Shown: in pieces, positions 45,401 through 58,609 of the stretch | Position numbering within the stretch: the first letter of the stretch is position 1 | How the letters are laid out: every line of letters begins with the position of its first letter | Source: Eledone cirrhosa | Lineage: Eukaryota | DNA length: 64,000 bases | Direction of reading: 5' to 3' | NCBI GenBank assembly: GCA_964016885.1 | Contig: OZ024748.1 | Coordinates: 24,490,001-24,554,000, forward strand | Notes under the pieces: model-generated | Databases searched by the model: none | Seen by the model: only the letters and a program-made list of their open reading frames with translations | Told to the model about the DNA's origin: nothing | Program-made: the position numbers and the translations under genes

Positions 45401-48400
45401 GACTTGATCCTTGTTGTCAGTCAACTATCTACAATACTTGACTTTATCCTTGTTGTCAGTCAACTATCTACAATACTTGACTTGATCCTTATTGTCAGTC
45501 AACTATCTACAATACTTGACTTTGTCCTTGTTGTCAGTCAACTATCTACAATACTTGACTTGAACCTTGTTGTCAGTCAACTATCTACAATAATTGACTT
45601 GATCCTTGTTGTCAGTCAACTATCTACAATACTTGACTTTATCCTTGTTGTCAGTCAACTATCTACAATACAAGACTTGATCCTTGTTGTCAGTTAACTA
45701 TCTACAATACTTGACTTGATCCTTGTTGTCAGTCAACTATCTACAATACTTGACTTTATCCTTGTTGTCAGTCAACTATCTACAATATTTGACTTTATCC
45801 TTGTTGTCAGTCAACTATCTACAATAATTGACTTGATCCTTGTTGTCAGTCAACTATCTACAATACTTGACTTGATCCTTGTTGTCAGTCAACTATCTAC
45901 AATAATTGACTTGATCCTTGTTGTCAGTCAACTATCTACAATACTTGACTTGATCCTTGTTGTCAGTCAACTATGTACAATAATTGACTTGATCCTTGTT
46001 GTCAGTCAACTATCTTTAATACTTGACTTGATCCTTGTTGTCAGTCAACTATCTACAATACTTGACTTGATCCTTGTTGTCAGTCAACTATCTACAATAA
46101 TTGTATTGATCCTTGTTGTCAGTCAACTATCTACAATACTTGACTTGATCCTTGTTGCCAGTCAACTATCTACAATACTTGACTTGATCCTTGTTGTCAG
46201 TCAACTATCTACAATAATTGACTTGATCCTTGTTGTCAGTCAACTATCTACAATAATTGACTTGATCCTTGTTGCCAGTCAACTATCTACAATACTTGAC
46301 TTGATCCTTGTTGTCAGTCAACTATCTACAATACTTGACTTGATCCTTGTTGTCAGTCAACTATCTACAATACTTGACTTGATCCTTGTTGTCAGTCAAC
46401 TGTCTACAATACTTGACTTTATCCTTGTTGTCAGTCAACTATCTACAATACTTGACTTGATCCTTGTTGTCAGTCAACTATCTACAATACTTAACTTGAT
46501 CCTTGTTGCCAGTCAACTATCTACAATACTTGACTTGATCCTTGTTGTCAGTCAACTATCTACAATACTTGACTTGATCCTTGTTGTCAGTCAACTATCT
46601 ACAATACTTGACTTGATCCTTGTGGTCAGTCAACTATCTACAATAATTGTCTTGATCCTTGTGGTCAGTCAACTATCTACAATACTTGACTTGATCCTTG
46701 TTGTCAGTCAACTATCTACAATACTTGACTTGGTCCTTGTTGTCAGTCAACTATCTACAACACTTGACTTGATCCTTGTTGTCAGTCAACTATCTACAAT
46801 ACTTGACTTGATCCTTGTTGTCAGTCAACTATCTACAATACTTGACTTGATCCTTGTTGTCAGTCAACTATCTACAATACTTAACTTGAACCTTGTTGTC
46901 AGTCAACTATCTACAATAATTGACTTGATCCTTGTTGTCAGTCAACTATCTACAATAATTGACTTGATCCTTGTTGTCAGTCAACTATCTACAATACTTG
47001 ACTTTATCCTTGTTGTCAGTCAACTATCTACAATACTTGAGTTGATCCTTATTGTCAGTCAACTATCTACAATACTTGACTTGATCCTTGTTGTCAGTCA
47101 ACTATCTACAATACTTGACTTGAACCTTGTTGTCAGTCAACTATCTACAATAATTGACTTGATCCTTGTTGTCAGTCAACTATCTACAATACTTGACTTT
47201 ATCCTTGTTGTCAGTCAACTATCTACAATAATTGACTTGATCCTTGTTGTCAGTCAACTATCTACAATACTTGACTTGATCCTTGTTGTCAGTCAACTAT
47301 CTACAATACTAGACTTGATCCTTGTTGTCAGTCAACTATCTACAATACTTGACTTGATCCTTGTTGTCAGTCAACTATCTACAATACTTGACTTTATCCT
47401 TGTTGTCAGTCAACTATCTACAATACTTGACTTTATCCTTGTTGTCAGTCAACTATCTACAATAATTGACTTGATCCTTGTTGTCTGTCAACTATCTACA
47501 ATACTTGACTTGATCCTTGTTGTCAGTCAACTATCTACAATAATTGACTTGATCCTTGTTGTCAGTCAACTATCTACAATACTTGACTTGATCCTTGTTG
47601 TCAGTCAACTATGTACAATAATTGACTTGATCCTTGTTGTCAGTCAACTATCTTTAATACTTGACTTGATCCTTGTTGTCAGTCAACTATCTACAATACT
47701 TAACTTTATCCTTGTTGTCAGTCAACTATCTACAATAATTGACTTGATCCTTGTTGCCAGTCAACTATCTACAATACTTGACTTGATCCTTGTTGCCAGT
47801 CAACTATCTACAATACTTGACTTGATCCTTGTTGTCAGTCAACTATCTACAATAATTGACTTGATCCTTGTTGTCAGTCAACTATCTACAATACTTGACT
47901 TGATCCTTGTTGTCAGTCAACTATCTACAATACTTGACTTTATCCTTGTTGTCAGTCAACTATCTACAATACTTGACTTGATCCTTGTTGTCAGTCAACT
48001 ATCTACAATACTTGACTTGATCCTTGTTGCCAGTCAACTATCTACAATACTTGACTTGATCCTTGTGGTCAGTCAACTATCTAAAATACTTGACTTGATC
48101 CTTGTTGTCAGTCAACTATCTACAATACTTGACTTGGTCCTTGTTGTCAGTCAACTATCTACAACACTTGACTTGATCCTTGTTGTCAGTCAACTATCTA
48201 CAATACTTGACTTGATCCTTGTTGTCAGTCAACTATCTACAATACTTGACTTGATCCTTGTCAGTCAACTATCTACAATAATTGACTTGATCCTTGTTGT
48301 CAGTCAACTATCTACAATACTTGACTTTATCCTTGTTGTCAGTCAACTATCTACAATACTTGACTTGATCCTTGTAGTCAGTCAACTATCTACAATACTT

Positions 48401-51400
48401 GACTTTATCCTTGTTGTCAGTCAACTATCTACAATACTTGACTTGAACCTTGTTGTCAGTCAACTATCTACAATAATTGACTTGATCCTTGTTGTCAGTC
48501 AACTATCTACAATACTTGACTTTATCCTTGTTGTCAGTCAACTATCTACAATAATTGACTTGATCCTTGTTGTCAGTCAACTATCTACAATACTTGACTT
48601 GATTCTTGTTGTCAGTCAACTATCTACAATACTTGACTTGATCCTTGTTGTCAGTCAACTATCTACAATACTTGACTTGATCCTTGTTGTCAGTCAACTA
48701 TCTACAATACTTGACTTTATCCTTGTTGTCAGTCAACTATCTACAATACTTGACTTTATCCTTGTTGTCAGTCAACTATCTACAATAATTGATTTGATCC
48801 TTGTTGTCAGTCAACTATCTACAATACTTGACTTGATCCTTGTTGTCAGTCAACTATCTACAATACTTAACTTGAACCTTGTTGTCAGTCAACTATCTAC
48901 AATAATTGACTTGATCCTTGTTGTCAGTCAACTATCTACAATAATTGACTTGATCCTTGTTGTCAGTCAACTATCTACAATACTTGACTTTATCCTTGTT
49001 GTCAGTCAACTATCTACAATACTTGACTTGATCCTTATTGTCAGTCAACTATCTACAATACTTGACTTTATCCTTGTTGTCAGTCAACTATCTACAATAC
49101 TTGACTTGAACCTTGTTGTCAGTCAACTATCTACAATAATTGACTTGATCCTTGTTGTCAGTCAACTATCTACAATACTTGACTTTATCCTTGTTGTCAG
49201 TCAACTATCTACAATAATTGACTTGATCCTTGTTGTCAGTCAACTATCTACAATACTTGACTTGATCCTTGTTGTCAGTCAACTATCTACAATACTAGAC
49301 TTGATCCTTGTTGTCAGTCAACTATCTACAATACTTGACTTGATCCTTGTTGTCAGTCAACTATCTACAATACTTGACTTTATCCTTCTTGTCAGTCAAC
49401 TATCTACAATACTTGACTTTATCCTTGTTGTCAGTCAACTATCTACAATAATTGACTTGATCCTTGTTGTCAGTCAACTATCTACAATACTTGACTTGAT
49501 CCTTGTTGTCAGTCAACTATCTACAATAATTGACTTGATCCTTGTTGTCAGTCAACTATCTACAATACTTGACTTGATCCTTGTTGTCAGTCAACTATGT
49601 ACAATAATTGACTTGATTCTTGTTGTCAGTCAACTATCTTTAATACTTGACTTGATCCTTGTTGTCAGTCAACTATCTACAATACTTAACTTTATCCTTG
49701 TTGTCAGTCAACTATCTACAATAATTGACTTGATCCTTGTTGTCAGTCAACTATCTACAATACTTGACTTGATCCTTGTTGTCAGTCAACTATCTACAAT
49801 ACTTGACTTTATCCTTGTTGTCAGTCAACTATCTACAATACTTGACTTGATCCTTGTTGTCAGTCAACTATCTACAATACTTGACTTGATCCTTGTTGTC
49901 AGTCAACTATCTACAATACTTGACTTTATCCTTGTTGTCAGTCAACTATCTACAATAATTGACTTGATCCTTGTTGTCAGTCAACTATCTACAATACTTG
50001 ACTTGATCCTTGTTGTCAGTCAACTATCTACAATACTTGACTTGATCCTTGTTGTCAGTCAACTATCTACAATACTTGACTTTATCCTTGTTGTCAGTCA
50101 ACTATCTACAATATTTGACTTTATCCTTGTTGTCAGTCAACTATCTACAATAATTGACTTGATCCTTGTTGTCAGTCAACTATCTACAATACTTGACTTG
50201 ATCCTTGTTGTCAGTCAACTATCTACAATAATTGACTTGATCCTTGTTGTCAGTCAACTATCTACAATACTTGACTTGATCCTTGTTGTCAGTCAACTAT
50301 CTACAATACTTGACTTTATCCTTGTTGTCAGTCAACTATCTACAATACTTGACTTGATCCTTGTTGTCAGTCAACTATCTACAATACTTGACTTGATCCT
50401 TGTTGCAAGTCAACTATCTACAATACTTGACTTTATCCTTGTTGTCAGTCAATTATCTACAATAATTGACTTAATCCTTGTTGTCAGTCAACTATCTACA
50501 ATACTTGACTTGATCCTTGTTGTCAGTCAACTATCTACAATACTTGACTTGATCCTTGTTGCCAGTCAACTATCTACAATACTTGACTTGATCCTTGTTG
50601 TCAGTCAACTATCTACAATACTTGACTTGATCCTTGTTGTCAGTCAACTATCTACAATACTTGACTTGATCCTTGTTGTCAGTCAACTATCTACAATACT
50701 TGACTTGATCCTTGTTGTCAGTCAACTATCTACAATACTTGAGTTGATCCTTGTTGCCAGTCAACTATCTACAATACTTGACTTGATCCTTGTTGTCAGT
50801 CAACTATCTACAATTCTTGACTTGATCCTTGTTGTCAGTCAACTATCTACAATACTTGACTTCATCCTTGTTGTCAGTCAACTATCTACAATACTTGACT
50901 TGATCCTTGTTGTCAGTCAACTATCTACAATACTTGACTTGATCCTTGTTGTCAGTCAACTATCTACAATACTTGACTTGATCCTTGTTGTCAGTCAACT
51001 ATCTACAATACTTGAGTTGATCCTTGTTGCCAGTCAACTATCTACAATACTTGACTTGATCCTTGTTGTCAGTCAACTATCTACAATACTTGACTTGATC
51101 CTTGTTGTCAGTCAACTATGTACAATAATTGACTTGATCCTTGTTGTCAGTCAACTATCTTTAATACTTGACTTGATCCTTGTTGTCAGTCAACTATCTA
51201 CAATACTTGACTTGATCCTTGTTGTCAGTCAACTATCTACAATAATTGTATTGATCCTTGTTGTCAGTCAACTATCTACAATACTTGACTTGATCCTTGT
51301 TGCCAGTCAACTATCTACAATACTTGACTTGATCCTTGTTGTCAGTCAACTATCTACAATAATTGACTTGATCCTTGTTGTCAGTCAACTATCTACAATA

Positions 51401-54400
51401 ATTGACTTGATCCTTGTTGCCAGTCAACTATCTACAATACTTGACTTGATCCTTGTTGTCAGTCAACTATCTACAATACTTGACTTGATCCTTGTTGTCA
51501 GTCAACTATCTACAATACTTGACTTGATCCTTGTTGTCAGTCAACTATCTACAATACTTGACTTTATCCTTGTTGTCAGTCAACTATCTACAATACTTGA
51601 CTTGATCCTTGTTGTCAGTCAACTATCTACAATACTTAACTTGATCCTTGTTGCCAGTCAACTATCTACAATACTTGACTTGATCCTTGTTGTCAGTCAA
51701 CTATCTACAATACTTGACTTGATCCTTGTTGTCAGTCAACTATCTACAATACTTGACTTGATCCTTGTGGTCAGTCAACTATCTACAATAATTGTCTTGA
51801 TCCTTGTGGTCAGTCAACTATCTACAATACTTGACTTGATCCTTGTTGTCAGTCAACTATCTACAATACTTGACTTGGTCCTTGTTGTCAGTCAACTATC
51901 TACAACACTTGACTTGATCCTTGTTGTCAGTCAACTATCTACAATACTTGACTTGATCCTTGTTGTCAGTCAACTATCTACAATACTTGACTTGATCCTT
52001 GTTGTCAGTCAACTATCTACAATACTTAACTTGAACCTTGTTGTCAGTCAACTATCTACAATAATTGACTTGATCCTTGTTGTCAGTCAACTATCTACAA
52101 TAATTGACTTGATCCTTGTTGTCAGTCAACTATCTACAATACTTGACTTTATCCTTGTTGTCAGTCAACTATCTACAATACTTGACTTGATCCTTATTGT
52201 CAGTCAACTATCTACAATACTTGACTTGATCCTTGTTGTCAGTCAACTATCTACAATACTTGACTTGAACCTTGTTGTCAGTCAACTATCTACAATAATT
52301 GACTTGATCCTTGTTGTCAGTCAACTATCTACAATACTTGACTTTATCCTTGTTGTCAGTCAACTATCTACAATAATTGACTTGATCCTTGTTGTCAGTC
52401 AACTATCTACAATAATTGACTTGATCCTTGTTGTCTGTCAACTATCTACAATACTTGACTTGATCCTTGTTGTCAGTCAACTATCTACAATAATTGACTT
52501 GATCCTTGTTGTCTGTCAACTATCTACAATACTTGACTTGATCCTTGTTGTCAGTCAACTATCTACAATAATTGACTTGATCCTTGTTGTCAGTCAACTA
52601 TCTACAATACTTGACTTGATCCTTGTTGTCAGTCAACTATGTACAATAATTGACTTGATCCTTGTTGTCAGTCAACTATCTTTAATACTTGACTTGATCC
52701 TTGTTGTCAGTCAACTATCTACAATACTTAACTTTATCCTTGTTGTCAGTCAACTATCTACAATAATTGACTTGATCCTTGTTGCCAGTCAACTATCTAC
52801 AATACTTGACTTGATCCTTGTTGTCAGTCAACTATCTACAATAATTGACTTGATCCTTGTTGTCAGTCAACTATCTACAATACTTGACTTGATCCTTGTT
52901 GTCAGTCAACTATCTACAATACTTGACTTTATCCTTGTTGTCAGTCAACTATCTACAATACTTGACTTGATCCTTGTTGTCAGTCAACTATCTACAATAC
53001 TTGACTTGATCCTTGTTGCCAGTCAACTATCTACAATACTTGACTTGATCCTTGTGGTCAGTCAACTATCTACAATACTTGACTTGATCCTTGTTGTCAG
53101 TCAACTATCTACAATACTTGACTTGGTCCTTGTTGTCAGTCAACTATCTACAACACTTGACTTGATCCTTGTTGTCAGTCAACTATCTACAATACTTGAC
53201 TTGATCCTTGTTGTCAGTCAACTATCTACAATACTTGACTTGATCCTTGTCAGTCAACTATCTACAATAATTGACTTGATCCTTGTTGTCAGTCAACTAT
53301 CTACAATACTTGACTTTATCCTTGTTGTCAGTCAACTATCTACAATACTTGACTTGATCCTTGTAGTCAGTCAACTATCTACAATACTTGACTTTATCCT
53401 TGTTGTCAGTCAACTATCTACAATACTTGACTTGAACCTTGTTGTCAGTCAACTATCTACAATAATTGACTTGATCCTTGTTGTCAGTCAACTATCTACA
53501 ATACTTGACTTTATCCTTGTTGTCAGTCAACTATCTACAATAATTGACTTGATCCTTGTTGTCAGTCAACTATCTACAATACTTGACTTGATTCTTGTTG
53601 TCAGTCAACTATCTACAATACTTGACTTGATCCTTGTTGTCAGTCAACTATCTACAATACTTGACTTGATCCTTGTTGTCAGTCAACTATCTACAATACT
53701 TGACTTTATCCTTGTTGTCAGTCAACTATCTACAATACTTGACTTTATCCTTGTTGTCAGTCAACTATCTACAATAATTGATTTGATCCTTGTTGTCAGT
53801 CAACTATCTACAATACTTGACTTGATCCTTGTTGTCAGTCAACTATCTACAATACTTAACTTGAACCTTGTTGTCAGTCAACTATCTACAATAATTGACT
53901 TGATCCTTGTTGTCAGTCAACTATCTACAATAATTGACTTGATCCTTGTTGTCAGTCAACTATCTACAATACTTGACTTTATCCTTGTTGTCAGTCAACT
54001 ATCTACAATACTTGACTTGATCCTTATTGTCAGTCAACTATCTACAATACTTGACTTTATCCTTGTTGTCAGTCAACTATCTACAATACTTGACTTGAAC
54101 CTTGTTGTCAGTCAACTATCTACAATAATTGACTTGATCCTTGTTGTCAGTCAACTATCTACAATACTTGACTTTATCCTTGTTGTCAGTCAACTATCTA
54201 CAATAATTGACTTGATCCTTGTTGTCAGTCAACTATCTACAATACTTGACTTGATCCTTGTTGTCAGTCAACTATCTACAATACTAGACTTGATCCTTGT
54301 TGTCAGTCAACTATCTACAATACTTGACTTGATCCTTGTTGTCAGTCAACTATCTACAATACTTGACTTTATCCTTCTTGTCAGTCAACTATCTACAATA

Positions 54401-56095
54401 CTTGACTTTATCCTTGTTGTCAGTCAACTATCTACAATAATTGACTTGATCCTTGTTGTCAGTCAACTATCTACAATACTTGACTTGATCCTTGTTGTCA
54501 GTCAACTATCTACAATAATTGACTTGATCCTTGTTGTCAGTCAACTATCTACAATACTTGACTTGATCCTTGTTGTCAGTCAACTATGTACAATAATTGA
54601 CTTGATTCTTGTTGTCAGTCAACTATCTTTAATACTTGACTTGATCCTTGTTGTCAGTCAACTATCTACAATACTTAACTTTATCCTTGTTGTCAGTCAA
54701 CTATCTACAATAATTGACTTGATCCTTGTTGTCAGTCAACTATCTACAATACTTGACTTGATCCTTGTTGTCAGTCAACTATCTACAATACTTGACTTTA
54801 TCCTTGTTGTCAGTCAACTATCTACAATACTTGACTTGATCCTTGTTGTCAGTCAACTATCTACAATACTTGACTTGATCCTTGTTGTCAGTCAACTATC
54901 TACAATACTTGACTTTATCCTTGTTGTCAGTCAACTATCTACAATAATTGACTTGATCCTTGTTGTCAGTCAACTATCTACAATACTTGACTTGATCCTT
55001 GTTGTCAGTCAACTATCTACAATACTTGACTTGATCCTTGTTGTCAGTCAACTATCTACAATACTTGACTTTATCCTTGTTGTCAGTCAACTATCTACAA
55101 TACTTGACTTTATCCTTGTTGTCAGTCAACTATCTACAATAATTGACTTGATCCTTGTTGTCAGTCAACTATCTACAATACTTGACTTGATCCTTGTTGT
55201 CAGTCAACTATCTACAATAATTGACTTGATCCTTGTTGTCAGTCAACTATCTACAATACTTGACTTGATCCTTGTTGTCAGTCAACTATCTACAATACTT
55301 GACTTTATCCTTGTTGTCAGTCAACTATCTACAATACTTGACTTGATCCTTGTTGTCAGTCAACTATCTACAATACTTGACTTGATCCTTGTTGCAAGTC
55401 AACTATCTACAATACTTGACTTTATCCTTGTTGTCAGTCAATTATCTACAATAATTGACTTAATCCTTGTTGTCAGTCAACTATCTACAATACTTGACTT
55501 GATCCTTGTTGTCAGTCAACTATCTACAATACTTGACTTGATCCTTGTTGCCAGTCAACTATCTACAATACTTGACTTGATCCTTGTTGTCAGTCAACTA
55601 TCTACAATACTTGACTTGATCCTTGTTGTCAGTCAACTATCTACAATACTTGACTTGATCCTTGTTGTCAGTCAACTATCTACAATACTTGACTTGATCC
55701 TTGTTGTCAGTCAACTATCTACAATACTTGAGTTGATCCTTGTTGCCAGTCAACTATCTACAATACTTGACTTGATCCTTGTTGTCAGTCAACTATCTAC
55801 AATACTTGACTTGATCCTTGTTGTCAGTCAACTATCTACAATACTTGACTTCATCCTTGTTGTCAGTCAACTATCTACAATACTTGACTTGATCCTTGTT
55901 GTCAGTCAACTATCTACAATACTTGACTTGATCCTTGTTGTCAGTCAACTATCTACAATACTTGACTTGATCCTTGTTGTCAGTCAACTATCTACAATAC
56001 TTGAGTTGATCCTTGTTGCCAGTCAACTATCTACAATACTTGACTTGATCCTTGTTGTCAGTCAACTATCTACAATACTTGACTTGATCCTTGTC
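39300..56095. repeat. ~5-kb higher-order repeat, about three copies (periods 5302 and ~4989-5145 bp)
   Basis: CTTAGTGG insertion at ~39757/45058; 36-bp deletion monomer at 42951, 48253 and 53242; GTTGCAAG at 50402/55391; ATGTAC at 40671, 45973 and 51118. Confidence 0.88.
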
Positions 56096-56442
56096 AAATG
56101 TGTTTAAAACTTACCCTTGATTGATATAGTTAATCAAGTCAATCAACTGAACTTAGAACTCAGTTTTGATTCTGACGGTTGACTGAACCTAACTCTTTAT
56201 CCTGTCAAACCACTACATTTAAAACCCAGTCTTCATAGAATATACGAATCATTCTATCTGCAAGTAATATCAGCCAAATTCGCTTCAAATCATACTGTAC
56301 CATATTGAAAAAGGAAGAACACGTTTTATAATGTGGTTTTCAACGATCACCACTGGTCTACTTATTCAGAATTCGTATGAAGATCGACAAGAGTAATATA
56401 TAATTATGTAATAAATGACTGATAAGTATTTCAGAATGCCGG

Positions 56443-56539
56443 GGCTGCAATGGACTCAACATATTTAGTCAAAAGCTATAATCTGATACTGTAATCCAAA
56501 CAAAAAAAAGTATTATTCCCGTATGATCAAACGATCCCC
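56443..56539 (+). repeat. 97-bp diverged direct repeat, copy 1
   Basis: GGCTGCAATGGACTCAACATATTTAG...ATACTGTAATCCAAACAAA...ATGATCAAACGATCCCC aligns along its length with 57418-57514. Confidence 0.85.
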
Positions 56540-56913
56540 AAAGGAAGACAAATAAAACAAAACAAAGTAATGTTTTTCTTACCCAGTATATTTCAACATA
56601 ATATTTCAGGGATGTAACCTTTTTGTCAAATGCAAAAACACAAAATGGTGCAAAACAAAACAAACGCTCGCTGTGTTCTTCCCTGTGTATGAATGTGTTT
56701 GTATATATCTTTGTGGCTGTATAACACATAAATGTGGCAGTGGATCATCTTTTGGACGATCAGCTCAAGTTAAGGAATATTTTGTTCGTGGTGTAAAGCA
56801 ATGCAGACTTGTCATCTCTTCCCCGTCCGACGGGAAGCTCTCCCAACTCACTTTGGGGTGGGTGAGAGATGTCTTCTCTTGTGAAAATGGGTATATCTTT
56901 CATTTGCAGCACA

Positions 56914-57048
56914 GTTACGTCCCTTTACGAACTGAGTTCAAATCCGCCGAGGTTAACTTTGCCTTTCATCCTTACGGGGTCGATCAAATAAAGTACCAGT
57001 TATACACTGATTATTTGCTGGCCTTGTGCCAAAAGTAGAAACAGTTAT
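56914..57048 (+). mobile_element. 5'-truncated tRNA-derived SINE fragment (octopus-type)
   Basis: B-box-like GAGTTCAAATCC (~56934-56945), followed by GCCTTTCATCCTTACGGGGTCGAT...AAGTACCAGT and a GCTGGCCTTGTGCCAAAA tail. I recall this as an abundant Octopus SINE; the family was not verified. Confidence 0.65.
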
Positions 57049-57417
57049 GTAAAATCTCCCCACTTTGCCTTATTTCTCCCCGTTTTGGGGCATTTTTATT
57101 TCATGGTACTCCCCGTTTGGGATTTTAAAAGTTGATTGGTCAAGCAATGATGTGTGTTTGCTACAACGCCGTTTCTTAACTATGTTAACTACAATACTGT
57201 AATGTACATTCTGATAACTTGTTTCACAGAAAGATATTTTAAAATACGTACAAACATTTTTAAAAAATGCACGTAAATGATGTTTTCTCTTGTTATCGCG
57301 CCGTTTTCATGTTACATATAGCAAGTAATCTTTAGACGCTCTTTGATAATTGTTTCAAAGTTATCTTAGATAAGATTTTGGTCTTTCCACTAAAATACTA
57401 ACAATTTTATCATGACT

Positions 57418-57514
57418 GGCCGCAATAGAATCAACATATTTAGCCAAAAACTACAACCTAATACTGTAATCCAAACAAAGAAAAGTATTATTTCCGCATG
57501 ATCAAACGATCCCC
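57418..57514 (+). repeat. 97-bp diverged direct repeat, copy 2
   Basis: Matches 56443-56539 with scattered substitutions, mostly transitions. Confidence 0.85.
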
Positions 57515-57541
57515 TTATCATGGCTTAAACATTTCAAACAA

Positions 57542-57575
57542 TCTCTCTCTCTCTCTGTCTCTCTATCTCTCTCTC

Positions 57576-57610
<35 letters not shown>

Positions 57611-57619
57611 TTCTTTCTC

Positions 57620-57657
<38 letters not shown>
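57542..57657. repeat. (CT)n microsatellite
   Basis: Imperfect CT dinucleotide tract of ~115 bp. Confidence 0.97.
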
Positions 57658-57659
<2 letters not shown>

Positions 57660-57759
57660 CACGTTGTAGAGCTAGATCTGATGATTAGCCAAGAATGAGT
57701 TAACCTTTCTTACACTGTTTAATATATATATATATGCATGTATGTATATATATATACAG

Positions 57760-57805
<46 letters not shown>

Positions 57806-57808
<3 letters not shown>

Positions 57809-57950
57809 TGGCTGCCAACTCGTTTTCGAGTACGGCCACTACTTTATATCCATCTAGGAGAACCCCTACCGATGCGCTGAACGAATATGACTTTTTAGTC
57901 CAGCCAGCGACTTGAAAACTCTGGTACAAACACTACACTTGTGACAATTA
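57806..57950 (-). mobile_element. 3' end of an RTE-like LINE (terminal C2H2 finger + short 3' UTR)
   Basis: Minus strand encodes HKCSVCTRVFKSLAGLKSHIRSAHR* (stop at 57866). A short UTR with a CTCG-AAAA-CGAG hairpin follows and runs into (TA)n. This layout is typical of RTE-clade ORF ends; the clade call is inference. Confidence 0.65.
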
Positions 57951-58123
57951 TTGACACAGTGCTGGGCCCATGGCACCACGTGACGACAAGTGCAGAGAGA
58001 TCTCCAGATATAAAGCAATGCCTCTGCCGTGAAGCTTTTATAGTGAGCAAAGGCACTGCACAAAGACAGTCCCACTCTCTTAACCAAGATGATATTTACC
58101 AAAAAGAAGAACAAGTTAACATC

Positions 58124-58391
<268 letters not shown>

Positions 58392-58609
58392 CGTTTCTGA
58401 ATTTGTTTAGCAAGATTCTTTATCTGAAAACGTGTGTTGAAACCGATATTGTTATGCTTTGGGAGGGTCATGTTGCCAATAAGAAACATACGCACCAGTT
58501 GCTTTCACTCCAATTTATTATAAGTTAAATTTATAAATTTAAGAATTTATAAATTTATCAATTTCCGGTTGGTTGGTTGGTTCCACAACCGGACGGTTGT
58601 ACATATATT

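Larger units (their letters stand above)
1..56095. repeat. 39-bp tandem satellite/minisatellite array (~1440 monomers), open at the left window edge
   Basis: Uninterrupted head-to-tail copies of AACTATCTACAATACTTGACTTGATCCTTGTTGTCAGTC with recurrent point variants and rare 36/38/40-bp indel monomers. Ends abruptly at ...GATCCTTGTC|AAATG near 56095. Confidence 0.99.

Noticed and set aside
1-56095. CRISPR-like array (repeat length ~39 bp with partial dyad)
   Set aside because: There are no unique spacers or cas genes; monomers are directly adjacent in a eukaryotic context.
21-56107. Giant ORFs (up to 3463 aa) of repeated ILVVSQLSTILDL as a real repetitive membrane/structural protein
   Set aside because: 39 bp is 13 codons and one + frame is stop-free by chance. 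Only two single substitutions in the consensus (CAA>TAA, TTG>TAG) create a stop, so long ORFs are expected. Starts are non-ATG (mostly TTG), the common variants are mostly non-synonymous, and frameshifts and TAA stops occur and are propagated by duplication. All three minus frames have a stop in every monomer.
56096-56410. Possible dispersed repeat directly adjoining the satellite
   Set aside because: It looks familiar as an octopus interspersed repeat, but nothing within the window supports boundaries or class. A database search is needed.
56469-57038. Short ORFs (86 aa minus, 121 aa plus) and a small TTCCCCGTCCGACGGGAA palindrome near 56819-56836
   Set aside because: No recognisable domain; the plus ORF runs through the SINE, and the palindrome has no supporting context.
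57678-57710. CTGATGA in the inverted-repeat core followed by a possible TTAGC/GTTAA stem (hammerhead or C/D snoRNA)
   Set aside because: No GAAA follows the stem and no downstream D box (CTGA) occurs before the microsatellite.
57866-58114. Host C2H2 zinc-finger gene
   Set aside because: It is a single terminal finger with no TGEKP linker, followed by a LINE-like short UTR and repeat tail. A retroelement remnant explains it better.
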